Shown here: positions 45,037 to 58,000 of the stretch, in pieces
How the letters are laid out: every line of letters begins with the position of its first letter
Numbering within the stretch: the first letter of the stretch is position 1
Origin: Eimeria praecox
Taxonomy: Eukaryota
NCBI GenBank assembly: GCA_963920595.1
Contig: OY986947.1
Coordinates: forward strand, 2,666,001 to 2,730,000
Reading direction: 5' to 3'
DNA: 64,000 bases
Notes under the pieces: model-generated
Databases searched by the model: none
What the model saw: only the letters and a program-made list of their open reading frames with translations
Told to the model about the DNA's origin: nothing
Made by a program: the position numbers and the translations under genes

Positions 45037-46501
45037 TTCAAAGAACAATTTTGCGGGTATAACTAGGGCATCGCTAGTAAGGAATGCATCACACCTGAAC
45101 CTATTAACTATCTATAAGGGGCCAACACGATGCACAAATAAGTTAATTCTGGCCACCTTTGGGTTAGAAAATACTTGACGATTCCCTAGGTTAATCTAAC
45201 TCACTAGCTAAGCAATCCTCAGCTCCAAGCAGTCTCCAAACCAATCTTGCACAGACTAAGTACCACTTAAAAGTAAATGCTCCCTTCCAGCCAACAAGCT
45301 AGTCACTTGTTGGTAGCTCCCCCAAATGTGCACGAAGGATTGATTATGCGAGTATCAGTGGAGGAAAAGCTGGCGTTTTTAAATGGATGGAGGAAACGCC
45401 AAAACGGCCGTCAGCTCCGAAAGGTGGTCGCGACAGCAAAGCACATTCTTTCATAGCAGAACAGGCTGATAACACAGAGAACCAAGGACCTAGAAGCTCT
45501 CCCTAGCCACAAAAAGTGAACATGCGGCAGCTTCCTACAAGGTGCGCGCCAAAACATGGTCACCGACACATGCGTATCGTTGACAAAATGCAGCAGGCCT
45601 GCATTTTATAGCCATCTGAGGTATTCAACGCACATCCTTTTTTTCCAGAGTCCCTGAAAACCGCCTGCAGCAGAACTACAAACTTATGATAGCTGTACTG
45701 TTGGGAACCGCCTGCGTAGAATAAAGCGGGAAGAAGCAAGCAACAGGTTGAAGCGTATCATCAGTACCGCTACGCACGAGGCCTTCGAATTCGTGAATAC
45801 GTTAAACAGCAAAACAAAGTAGTAGACGGAAGAAGCATGCACGCCAGATACTCTAATACTGAGAGTGAATTGGGAAAGGAAATTGCAATGAAGAGTCGAG
45901 GAATCCCCCAAAGCCACAGATGCAGTGCTTGCGGCGTAGCTGGACGTCCAGCACCAGCCACACTCTTGCAAAGCGCCATCAATCAAGCAGGCAGCTCCGA
46001 ATGAGCTCCCAGATTTCACGTTCTGAGCACTGGCCATCTAGTTTAGCAGGGCATGTCCGGCGTACCTCCTGTGCAACCCCACGCATCATGGAACACGCCA
46101 AATGCTGTTACACGGGTAGGGAAGAGAAGCAAATGCTACTGACCAGAGCTAGGGCCACCTGTGAAGTTTTGATGCCAACAAGAAGGTGCCATACATGCAA
46201 GCGATAATGCCCACTTCCCAGTAGCGAAGCACAAAAGACACCAAGACGGGAACAACACCATGCAAACTAGGGTGGGAATGCACTTTTCAAGCACTGTTTT
46301 TCAAGGAATCGCGACGCCTTCGCTAGTCACAATTGACGGACCTATACGAAAGCTAAACAATGAATAAGCGCCACGCCTATATATTGGGGTGAGTCAGTTT
46401 AATCACTTGCCAACACCGCAAAATGTGTAAATGGTGATGCCGCTTCATGAGGCGAATGCAACTCACTAGCTGGGCATTTCATCTTCGGTAGCGGTCTGTA
46501 C
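33348..46501. repeat. Tandem array of a 2.7-3.7 kb unit (4 full copies plus 1 partial), apparently non-coding
   Basis: The same anchor recurs at 33502, 36223, 38988, 42252 and 45920 (periods 2721, 2765, 3264, 3668). Each full unit has a (TA)n tract (35541-35580, 38264-38345, 41296-41365, 44946-45033). No ORF longer than ~140 aa. Confidence 0.96.
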
Positions 46502-47539
46502 GCCTGTCTTGCGGTCTGTGTTCATGTACCCCTCTGTGGCTGAGTTTGTCTCCTGTATCTCTATATGGGTGGGTGAGCGTGTGTACAGACCGATTTCTGC
46601 AGCCGAGCGCAGCTCTAAGAAAACGCTCTGCCCACGTGAAATCAGTTATAGTGCTGTGTAAATCAAATAAAACACAAAACGCCGCCTGCCAAGAGACTGA
46701 TCACTTCTTCTAAGGTGATGCTCCCATCAGTACCAGTGGCCACGGTGTTGGTGCGCATGTCAACGAAGCCAAAAGGGACGCCAAGCCCGAACGATGCTGC
46801 AAATGGCATGGACCACAGCCTGACAAATCAATCTAGTAGCGAAACATGCTGATGGTAGCATGCGCGTAGCAAGCCCAGTGTTTACGAAAAACTACTGTGC
46901 ACCCTTAAAATGAATCACGCAGCTCGCACGCATTGCATCAGGGCGACGTGCAAAGGCGATTAGCCGCATTTGCCTGAGACGGACGCAGCTCACCTTCTGC
47001 TCATTAAAAATTTGATGGAACGCCTGCGTAGCTGCAGCATAGATTCAACAAGGCACAAAATAACTCCAAGCGATCACCACCAGCTCAAGATGGCATGAGA
47101 AGATTGTTTCGGTGAACTGAAGCGCCAATCACAGCAGAGAACTCGTGAAGAACTTAAACAAGGCAGCATAATAGAAATGCAAGAAGGCAAGGAAGCAGGC
47201 ATGCTGCCATAAATGAGTATGCACAAAGGCACCCGTGCAAAAACAAGACCCCAGGGAGTGAAGCAGTGTTTTCGCGAGGCATTTGCTTTAACTAAACGAA
47301 TGCTAGACGCCCAGAAGCAAGGACATTCGTCTACGCCACAATCGAGGCACTCTAAGGAGCCTGCCTTGGCTGCAAAGAGACAATGTGCTGCTGCTGTGTC
47401 TTTACTTGCCTGCTAATACGCATCTAACTCACGTCCTGCCCATTCCAAACGTCGTCATAGTACTATAAACAATGGTGCATGCATTTGAGAGGCCGCCACA
47501 GCACGCCGTGAATAATAAAAAGTGGAAGCCAATGCCCCA

Positions 47540-48500
47540 ACGGGCGCTGCACCATGCACACTAAGGGGGTGGCGGCGCGCGTTTTGAGCAGTTGTTTTAC
47601 GGCACCCACGAACCCTATATGCCTACTATATCGAGCTGCTTCAGGATGAATATAACGACTGCATTAAAATTACATGCTTTGACTTGTTGTGCTTGTCAGG
47701 AGGTGAATGAACGTACTAGCTAAGCATCCTTCAGGCTGACAAAGTGACCCAACTAATGCTGTGCAGAATAAGAAAGAACAAGTAATCATGGGAACCAAGG
47801 GACCCTTCACTTGCTGAATACACTAAAAAGGGGGAAACAGCAGAAGGATGGTGGTAACTGAACTGGTTCTTTCGTGCACACGCCAACACAGTCAAAGCGG
47901 CAGCCACGTCCGGAAGGACGACAGCAAAAGGCTTGGAACGCATGCTTACAAGGCCCGACCAATGACGATCACTAGGCAGATGCAAATAGTGGAATTGGTG
48001 CTTCTCTGCAGAATCTGAACAACCAGGCGTAGCTGCTACCCTGCACAACTTCAAACGTATATATTTTCAACGGGAGAACGGAGCCGCATGCCACAGTCAC
48101 CTGTGCTTTCACAAGGGAAACGCACTTCCTGTCCATTCCACAATCTGTTGAAGTGGCTACAACACCACTGCACAGATTTTGCAAGACGGACAAAGTTGCG
48201 AGGCACACAGAAGAAGAATGGCAACCTAGAGAACGCATTACAATCGCTGAAATGCCACATTAAGGGGCTAACGGGTACAATTAAGGTACTCAGGCAAACT
48301 GCAACTGCGCGTGGGCTGGGCATCCAGCAGTGGAAACGTCCTTGCCCAATGCAGAAAAAGTGAACTAAAATATCTAAGAATGATGTAACTATGATTGTAC
48401 ATTCTGGGCATTCGCCACTTCACAGTTTCAACAGGAATTTCCGGCGTACTTCCTGAGCAACTCGAAGGATACTGCATTTTGACAAGTGCTGCTGCACACG
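47540..48500 (+). repeat. Old, diverged relic of the 3.7-kb unit
   Basis: Collinear patches: 47701 AGGTGAATGAACGTACTAGCTAAGCATCC vs 41520 AGGTGAGTGTAACTCACTAGCTAAGCAATCC; 47909 TCCGGAAGGACGACAGCAAA vs 41748 TCCGAAAGGTGGTCGCGACAGCAAA; 48441 CCGGCGTACTTCCTGAGCAAC vs 42389 CCGGCGTACCTCCTGTGCAAC. Confidence 0.75.
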
Positions 48501-49035
48501 ATCGACAAGGAGGACAGTTGGATGAACCGCCTGCCACCGCCGCTTGTGGAGGCTGAACCTTGAAGCTGAGTGTACTGGCAATCCCATCAGTCAGCGCGTT
48601 GATGGAAGCCACGTAGCAATGAAGGCCGAGACATATCGCCAAGAAGTACGTAAGGAGAACAAGATGAAATTTCTCCCTGCAGGAAGCGCCTCTAAAGCGC
48701 TTGGAAAACGCGTATCAGTCCTAAATGCTTTTCCGGAATTAAGCACAAGGCGCGTACGTGCGCTAGGCCAGCCTACGCCGTATTGTCCCTGCACAATGCA
48801 CAGGAAGTTCGAATCAACTAAACGTGTGGTTGTGAATGCAACGTACCAGCTAAGGAATACCTAGCCTGTCGAATTCCAAATAGCTACACAACTCAGCTGA
48901 CACCCGAAGCACACGCCTGACACGCCTGGTCAAATCTGGAAAGTACACCTAGGTACACACTTCTTCTCGTTGGACGTTTTAACACAACTCCCATACCCAC
49001 GGAGCTCTGCTCCATTAATGTTCGTTGACAAGCAT

Positions 49036-52000
49036 AGACAGCCAAGCCCGTCAAAAGGCTCGACATTCTTCCGCGTTGCCACTGCTAACGAAGTTACGAA
49101 GTTGGGATGGCGGTGCTCGCCATACATGCAACACAGCGACCAAGCCAATAGATACAACAAACAGCCTATGCCGTGCAGGCACGTGTCAAACAGCAACACT
49201 GCCTTTAAAAATTCAACGGCTCGTGCCTGTCATGAATGATCCATGCAGACAAATGCCCAACATGAAAAAATAACCAGGGTTCTGCACAAAACAACTGAAA
49301 TAGCTCAAGAAGCATTCAAAGGCGGTGATGTGGCGAAGCTAGACCTCCTGCTTTCGTGTCTTGCATGAAGCGTTTGCCATACAGTCCGAGGCCCTGCGAA
49401 AAGGCATCGAAACTCCCTCACACATTGGACGGATGCCAGTAGCAGGAAGTCGGCAACCTTCGCAGCCTAAACCGAAGGTGCATATACAAACTCGTAGCTG
49501 CGCCTGGAGTAGACGTGCTGCACAACGAAACAGCTGCGTGTATGTCTGGCCAGTAGTAGCACATGAGGGCAGCCCAATAGCTGTGCCGGAGAAACTGCAT
49601 TGTCACATCTGAGAACAAGCAGTGTGCAGGGCATCAGGCAACTTAGACCCACCGCGAATAAAAGCCTTGGACCAAGGTATGCAAACGAGAAGCAGCGACG
49701 ATATTGATTGAATCGGAAGGTGAATCAGGAAGCGTTTAGGGGCTGCATCAAAACTGCACGGAGTGATTCCTCGCGGGATGCGACCGATCGCACCCAACGC
49801 ACTTCCTGCGCACTCCACAGCCCACAGGAATAATCCAACCATCGAAAGCAGTCGGCAGAAGGCAAACTAGCAGTGCTGCGAAGATTGTGGGCTACGAAGG
49901 CCAGCGTTCACCTCTAGGCACATCACGCTGTTCAGCAATGATAAATGATAAGTAGCTTCCAACCCACCACTCGAAATTCAACGTCCAAGGTGGGGGGCTT
50001 GTTGCTTTGCTACACGTGCAAGGTACTCACTCGCTGTGCAGTACAGCGTTCGGGAACGCGTCTACACCGCTGCATCGTCTGCTTGGAGAAGGGCAAAAGG
50101 AAGCATGAGAGGACCTTGGGCAGACAGCAAGGCCCGTCACAAAGCGCAAGACCCTTCCAAACTACCACTGCTGACGACGCTGGGGTGGTGGCTCTCGTCG
50201 TGCATGCAACACAGAGGTGACGCCACTAGACAAAATACACAACCTATGCCAAGGGGGCATATGTCAAACAGCAACACAGGCGAGAACAATTTAACATTTC
50301 TCATCCTCATGAATCATGTGCACAAACGAATGCCTAACATGACAAGATAACCAGACCCGGAAATAAAGCAACGAAAATAAGCACGCACACTCAAATGCGG
50401 TGGTGAACCTAGGCTGCCCGCTTTCGTGTCTTGCTTGAAACGTTTGCTATGCAGTCCGAGGTCCTGCGGAAAGGCATCGACACTCCGTCGTAGATTAGAC
50501 GGATGCCAGTAGGAGGAGGTCGGCAACCTTCACAGCCTAAACCGAAGGTGCATATACAAGCTCGTGACTGCCGTTGGAGTAGACGTGCTGCACAACGAAG
50601 CATCTACGTGTACATCTGGCCAGTAGTAGCACATGAGGGCAGCCCAATAGCTGTGCCAGAGAAACAGCATTGTCACATCAGAGAATAAGCACTGCACAGG
50701 GCATCAGGCAACGTACCCCCATAATCGGAAGGTGAATCAGGAAGCGTTTAGGGGCTGCATCAAAACTGCACGGAGTGATTCCTCGCGGGATGTGACCGAT
50801 CGCACCCAACGCACTTCCTGCGTACTCCGCAGCCCACAGGAATAATCCAACAATCGAAAGCAATCGGCAGAAGTCAAACCAGCAGTGTTACGCCGACTCT
50901 GTGCTAGGAAGGAACGCATTCGCCTCTAGGTACATCACGCTGTTCAGCAATCATATATAGCTTCCAACCCACCACTCGAAGTCCAAGGTCCAAGGTGCGG
51001 CGGTTTGCGACAGGTGCAAGGTACGCACTCGCTGTGCGGTACACACTTGCCTAAAGGGTATAAGCCGCTGCAGCACGTAGATTGAGAAAGGGCACAAACA
51101 CGCAGTCAAGGACCTTGGGAAGAAAATCAAGCCCGTCAAAAAACTCAGCATCCTTCCAAGATGCCACTGCTAACGTAGTTACGAAGTTGGGATGGGGGTG
51201 CTCGCCATACATGCAACACAGCGACCAAGCCAATAGATACAACAAACAGCCTATGCCGTGCAGGCACGTGTCAAACAGCAACACTGCCTTTAAAAATTCA
51301 ACGGCTCCTGCCTGTCATGAATGATCCATGCAGACAAATGCCCAACATCACAAAATAACCAGGGTTCTGCACAAAACAACTGAAATAGCTCAAGAAGCAT
51401 TCAAAGGCGGTGATGTGGCGAAGCTAGACCTCCTGCTTTCGTGTCTTGCATGAAGCGTTTGCCATACAGTCCGAGGTCCTGCGAAAAGCCATCGACACTC
51501 CTTCATGCAATGGGCGGATGCCAGTAGCAGGAAGTCGGCAACCTTCGCAGCCTAAACCGAAGGTGCATATGCAAACTCGTGGCTGCGCCTGGAGTAGACG
51601 TGCTGCACAACGAAGCAGCTGCGTGTATGTCTAGCCAGTAGTAGCACATGAGGGCAGCCCAATAGCTGTGCCAGAGAAAGTGTGTCACGTAAGCGAGAAC
51701 ACGCACAGTCCAGCTAGCCAGGAGCCTACGACTACCGAAGCAAAAATGTTTGGCCGGTACGAACAAAGAGGCGTATTGGGGATATTGATTGAATCGGAAG
51801 GTGAATCAGGTAGCATGTTCGGACGGAATCAAAAATGCAAGGAGTGATGCCTCGCGGGGTGCGGCTGGCCCTGCCCAGCCCATATCATAAATACTCCTCA
51901 ACCCACAGGAGTAATCAAGCCTCGACAAACAATGGACAGAATACACAGTACCACAGATAAGCGGTGTATACAGTAGGACCGTAATATTCGTCTCTAGGAA

Positions 52001-55000
52001 CATCACACTATCCAGCAATGACAAGTGGCTTCGAACCCACCACTCGAAGTACAAGGTCCTAGGTGGAGCGCTTAGCGACAGGTGCAAGGTACGCACTAGC
52101 TGTGCAGTACAGACTTGCCTAAAGGGTCTAAGCCGCTGCAGCATTTAGCTTGGGGAAGGGCAAAACAACCCATTAGAGGACCGTGGGAAGAAAACCATGC
52201 CCATCTAAAAGATCAACAACATTCGAAGCTGCAACTTCTGAAGAAGCTGGGGTAGTGCTTCGCATCATGCACGCAACACGCTGAGCACGCAGCACAGCCG
52301 CAACGTCAAGGGATACAACAAACAGCCTATGCCGTGCAGGCACGTGTCAAACAGCAACACTGCCTTTAAAAATTCAACGGCTCGTGCCTGTCATGAATGA
52401 TCCATGCAGACAAATGCCCAACATCACAAAATAACCAGGGTTCTGCACAAAACAACTGAAATAGCTCAAGAAGCATTCAAAGGCGGTGATGTGGCGAAGC
52501 TAGACCTCCTGCTTTCGTGTCTTGCGTGAAACGTTTGCCATACAGTCCGAGGTCCTGCGAAAAGGCATCGAAACTCCCTCACACATTGGACGGATGCCAG
52601 TAGCAGGAAGTCGGCAACCTTCGCAGCCTAAACCGAAGGTGCATATACAAACTCGTAGCTGCGCCTGGAGTAGACGTGCTGCACAACGAAACAGCTGCGT
52701 GTATGTCTGGCCAGTAGTAGCACATGAGGGCAGCCCAATAGCTGTGCCGGAGAAACTGCATTGTCACATCTGAGAACAAGCAGTGTGCAGGGCATCAGGC
52801 AACTTAGACCCACCGCGAATAAAAGCCTTGGACCAAGGTATGCAAACGAGAAGTAGCGACGATATTGATTGAATCGGAAGGTGAATCAGGAAGCGTTTAG
52901 GGGCTGCATCAAAACTGCACGGAGTGATTCCTCGCGGGATGCGACCGATCGCACCCAACGCACTTCCTGCGCACTCCACAGCCCACAGGAATAATCCAAC
53001 CATCGAAAGCAGTCGGCAGAAGGCAAACTAGCAGTGCTGCGAAGATTGTGGGCTACGAAGGCCAGCGTTCACCTCTAGGCACATCACGCTGTTCAGCAAT
53101 GATAAATGATAAGTAGCTTCCAACCCACCACTCGAAATTCAACGTCCAAGGTGGGGGGCTTGTTGCTTTGCTACACGTGCAAGGTACTCACTCGCTGTGC
53201 AGTACAGCGTTCGGGAACGCGTCTACACCGCTGCATCGTCTGCTTGGAGAAGGGCAAAAGGAAGCATGAGAGGACCTTGGGCAGACAGCAAGGCCCGTCA
53301 CAAAGCGCAAGACCCTTCCAAACTACCACTGCTGACGACGCTGGGGTGGTGGCTCTCGTCGTGCATGCAACACAGAGGTGACGCCACTAGACAAAATACA
53401 CAACCTATGCCAAGGGGGCATATGTCAAACAGCAACACAGGCGAGAACAATTTAACATTTCTCATCCTCATGAATCATGTGCACAAACGAATGCCTAACA
53501 TGACAAGATAACCAGACCCGGAAATAAAGCAACGAAAATAAGCACGCACACTCAAATGCGGTGGTGAACCTAGGCTGCCCGCTTTCGTGTCTTGCTTGAA
53601 ACGTTTGCTATGCAGTCCGAGGTCCTGCGGAAAGGCATCGACACTCCGTCGTAGATTAGACGGATGCCAGTAGGAGGAGGTCGGCAACCTTCACAGCCTA
53701 AACCGAAGGTGCATATACAAGCTCGTGACTGCCGTTGGAGTAGACGTGCTGCACAACGAAGCATCTACGTGTACATCTGGCCAGTAGTAGCACATGAGGG
53801 CAGCCCAATAGCTGTGCCAGAGAAACAGCATTGTCACATCAGAGAATAAGCACTGCGCAGGGCATCAGGCAACGTACCCCCATAATCGGAAGGTGAATCA
53901 GGAAGCGTTTAGGGGCTGCATCAAAACTGCACGGAGTGATTCCTCGCGGGATGTGACCGATCGCACCCAACGCACTTCCTGCGTACTCCGCAGCCCACAG
54001 GAATAATCCAACAATCGAAAGCAATCGGCAGAAGTCAAACCAGCAGTGTTACGCCGACTCTGTGCTAGGAAGGAACGCATTCGCCTCTAGGTACATCACG
54101 CTGTTCAGCAATCATATATAGCTTCCAACCCACCACTCGAAGTCCAAGGTCCAAGGTGCGGCGGTTTGCGACAGGTGCAAGGTACGCACTCGCTGTGCGG
54201 TACACACTTGCCTAAAGGGTATAAGCCGCTGCAGCACGTAGATTGAGAAAGGGCACAAACACGCAGTCAAGGACCTTGGGAAGAAAATCAAGCCCGTCAA
54301 AAAACTCAGCATCCTTCCAAGATGCCACTGCTAACGTAGTTACGAAGTTGGGATGGGGGTGCTCGCCATACATGCAATACAGCGACCAAGCCAATAGATA
54401 CAACAAACAGCCTATGCCGTGCAGGCACGTGTCAAACAGCAACACTGCCTTTAAAAATTCAACGGCTCGTGCCTGTCATGAATGATCCATGCAGACAAAT
54501 GCCCAACATCACAAAATAACCAGGGTTCTGCACAAAACAACTGAAATAGCTCAAGAAGCATTCAAAGGCGGTGATGTGGCGAAGCTAGACCTCCTGCTTT
54601 CGTGTCTTGCATGAAGCGTTTGCCATACAGTCCGAGGTCCTGCGAAAAGGCATCGAAACTCCCTCACACATTGGACGGATGCCAGTAGCAGGAAGTCGGC
54701 AACCTTCGCAGCCTAAACCGAAGGTGCATATACAAACTCGTAGCTGCGCCTGGAGTAGACGTGCTGCACAACGAAACAGCTGCGTGTATGTCTGGCCAGT
54801 AGTAGCACATGAGGGCAGCCCAATAGCTGTGCCGGAGAAACTGCATTGTCACATCTGAGAACAAGCAGTGTGCAGGGCATCAGGCAACTTAGACCCACCG
54901 CGAATAAAAGCCTTGGACCAAGGTATGCAAACGAGAAGCAGCGACGATATTGATTGAATCGGAAGGTGAATCAGGAAGCGTTTAGGGGCTGCATCAAAAC

Positions 55001-58000
55001 TGCACGGAGTGATTCCTCGCGGGATGCGACCGATCGCACCCAACGCACTTCCTGCGCACTCCACAGCCCACAGGAATAATCCAACCATCGAAAGCAGTCG
55101 GCAGAAGGCAAACTAGCAGTGCTGCGAAGATTGTGAGCTACGAAGGCCAGCGTTCACCTCTAGGCACATCACGCTATTCAGCAATGATAAATGATAAGTA
55201 GCTTCCAACCCACCACTCGAAATTCAACGTCCAAGGTGGGGGGCTTGTTGCTTTGCTACACGTGCAAGGTACTCACTCGCTGTGCAGTACAGCGTTCGGG
55301 AACGCGTCTACACCGCTGCATCGTCTGCTTGGAGAAGGGCAAAAGGAAGCATGAGAGGACCTTGGGCAGACAGCAAGGCCCGTCACAAAGCGCAAGACCC
55401 TTCCAAACTACCACTGCTGACGACGCTGGGGTGGTGGCTCTCGTCGTGCATGCAGCACAGAGGTGACGCCACTAGACAAAATACACAACCTATGCCAAGG
55501 GGGCATATGTCAAACAGCAACACAGGCGAGAACAATTTAACATTTCTCATCCTCATGAATCATGTGCACAAACGAATGCCTAACATGACAAGATAACCAG
55601 ACCCGGAAATAAAGCAACGAAAATAAGCACGCACACTCAAATGCGGTGGTGAACCTAGGCTGCCCGCTTTCGTGTCTTGCTTGAAACGTTTGCTATGCAG
55701 TCCGAGGTCCTGCGGAAAGGCATCGACACTCCGTCGTAGATTAGACGGATGCCAGTAGGAGGAGGTCGGCAACCTTCACAGCCTAAACCGAAGGTGCATA
55801 TACAAGCTCGTGACTGCCGTTGGAGTAGACGTGCTGCACAACGAAGCATCTACGTGTACATCTGGCCAGTAGTAGCACATGAGGGCAGCCCAATAGCTGT
55901 GCCAGAGAAACAGCATTGTCACATCAGAGAATAAGCACTGCGCAGGGCATCAGGCAACGTACCCCCATAATCGGAAGGTGAATCAGGAAGCGTTTAGGGG
56001 CTGCATCAAAACTGCACGGAGTGATTCCTCGCGGGATGTGACCGATCGCACCCAACGCACTTCCTGCGTACTCCGCAGCCCACAGGAATAATCCAACCAT
56101 CGAAAGCAATCGGCAGAAGTCAAACCAGCAGTGTTACGCCGACTCTGTGCTAGGAAGGAACGCATTCGCCTCTAGGTACATCACGCTGTTCAGCAATCAT
56201 ATGTAGCTTCCAACCCACCACTCGAAGTCCAAGGTCCAAGGTGCGGCGGTTTGCGACAGGTGCAAGGTACGCACTCGCTGTGCGGTACACACTTGCCTAA
56301 AGGGTATAAGCCGCTGCAGCACGTAGATTGAGAAAGGGCACAAACACGCAGTCAAGGACCTTGGGAAGAAACTCAAGCCCGTCAAAAAACTCAGCATCCT
56401 TCCAAGATGCCACTGCTAACGTAGTTACGAAGTTGGGATGGGGGTGCTCGCCATACATGCAACACAGCGACCAAGCCAATAGATACAACAAACAGCCTAT
56501 GCCGTGCAGGCACGTGTCAAACAGCAACACTGCCTTTAAAAATTCAACGGCTCCTGCCTGTCATGAATGATCCATGCAGACAAATGCCCAACATCACAAA
56601 ATAACCAGGGTTCTGCACAAAACAACTGAAATAGCTCAAGAAGCATTCAAAGGCGGTGATGTGGCGAAGCTAGACCTCCTGCTTTCGTGTCTTGCATGAA
56701 GCGTTTGCCATACAGTCCGAGGTCCTGCGAAAAGCCATCGACACTCCTTCATGCAATGGGCGGATGCCAGTAGCAGGAAGTCGGCAACCTTCGCAGCCTA
56801 AACCGAAGGTGCATATGCAAACTCGTGGCTGCGCCTGGAGTAGACGTGCTGCACAACGAAGCAGCTGCGTGTATGTCTAGCCAGTAGTAGCACATGAGGG
56901 CAGCCCAATAGCTGTGCCAGAGAAAGTGTGTCACGTAAGCGAGAACACGCACAGTCCAGCTAGCCAGGAGCCTACGACTACCGAAGCAAAAATGTTTGGC
57001 CGGTACGAACAAAGAGGCGTATTGGGGATATTGATTGAATCGGAAGGTGAATCAGGTAGCATGTTCGGACGGAATCAAAAATGCAAGGAGTGATGCCTCG
57101 CGGGGTGCGGCTGGCCCTGCCCAGCCCATATCATAAATACTCCTCAACCCACAGGAGTAATCAAGCCTCGACAAACAATGGACAGAATACACAGTACCAC
57201 AGATAAGCGGTGTATACAGTAGGACCGTAATATTCGTCTCTAGGAACATCACACTATCCAGCAATGACAAGTGGCTTCGAACCCACCACTCGAAGTACAA
57301 GGTCCTAGGTGGAGCGCTTAGCGACAGGTGCAAGGTACGCACTAGCTGTGCAGTACAGACTTGCCTAAAGGGTCTAAGCCGCTGCAGCATTTAGCTTGGG
57401 GAAGGGCAAAACAACCCATTAGAGGACCGTGGGAAGAAAACCATGCCCATCTAAAAGATCAACAACATTCGAAGCTGCAACTTCTGAAGAAGCTGGGGTA
57501 GTGCTTCGCATCATGCACGCAACACGCTGAGCACGCAGCACAGCCGCAACGTCAAGGGATACAACAAACAGCCTATGCCGTGCAGGCACGTGTCAAACAG
57601 CAACACTGCCTTTAAAAATTCAACGGCTCGTGCCTGTCATGAATGATCCATGCAGACAAATGCCCAACATCACAAAATAACCAGGGTTCTGCACAAAACA
57701 ACTGAAATAGCTCAAGAAGCATTCAAAGGCGGTGATGTGGCGAAGCTAGACCTCCTGCTTTCGTGTCTTGCGTGAAACGTTTGCCATACAGTCCGAGGTC
57801 CTGCGAAAAGGCATCGAAACTCCCTCACACATTGGACGGATGCCAGTAGCAGGAAGTCGGCAACCTTCGCAGCCTAAACCGAAGGTGCATATACAAACTC
57901 GTAGCTGCGCCTGGAGTAGACGTGCTGCACAACGAAGCAGCTGCGTGTATGTCTGGCCAGTAGTAGCACATGAGGGCAGCCCAATAGCTGTGCCGGAGAA

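Noticed and set aside
33348..46501. Possible SAG surface-antigen gene array or chromovirus LTR retrotransposon
   Set aside because: I saw no signal-peptide/Cys/GPI SAG pattern, no RT (YxDD), integrase or convincing chromodomain motif, and no LTR pair. Heavily decayed homology cannot be excluded by eye.
52535..52650. Faint 5S rRNA-like words in the satellite monomer (GCCATAC...CATCGAAACTCC)
   Set aside because: The conserved GAAGTTAAGC and AGTACT...GGGA motifs and a poly-T terminator are missing, and the words are not kept in types B or E. An Infernal search with the Rfam 5S model would settle it.
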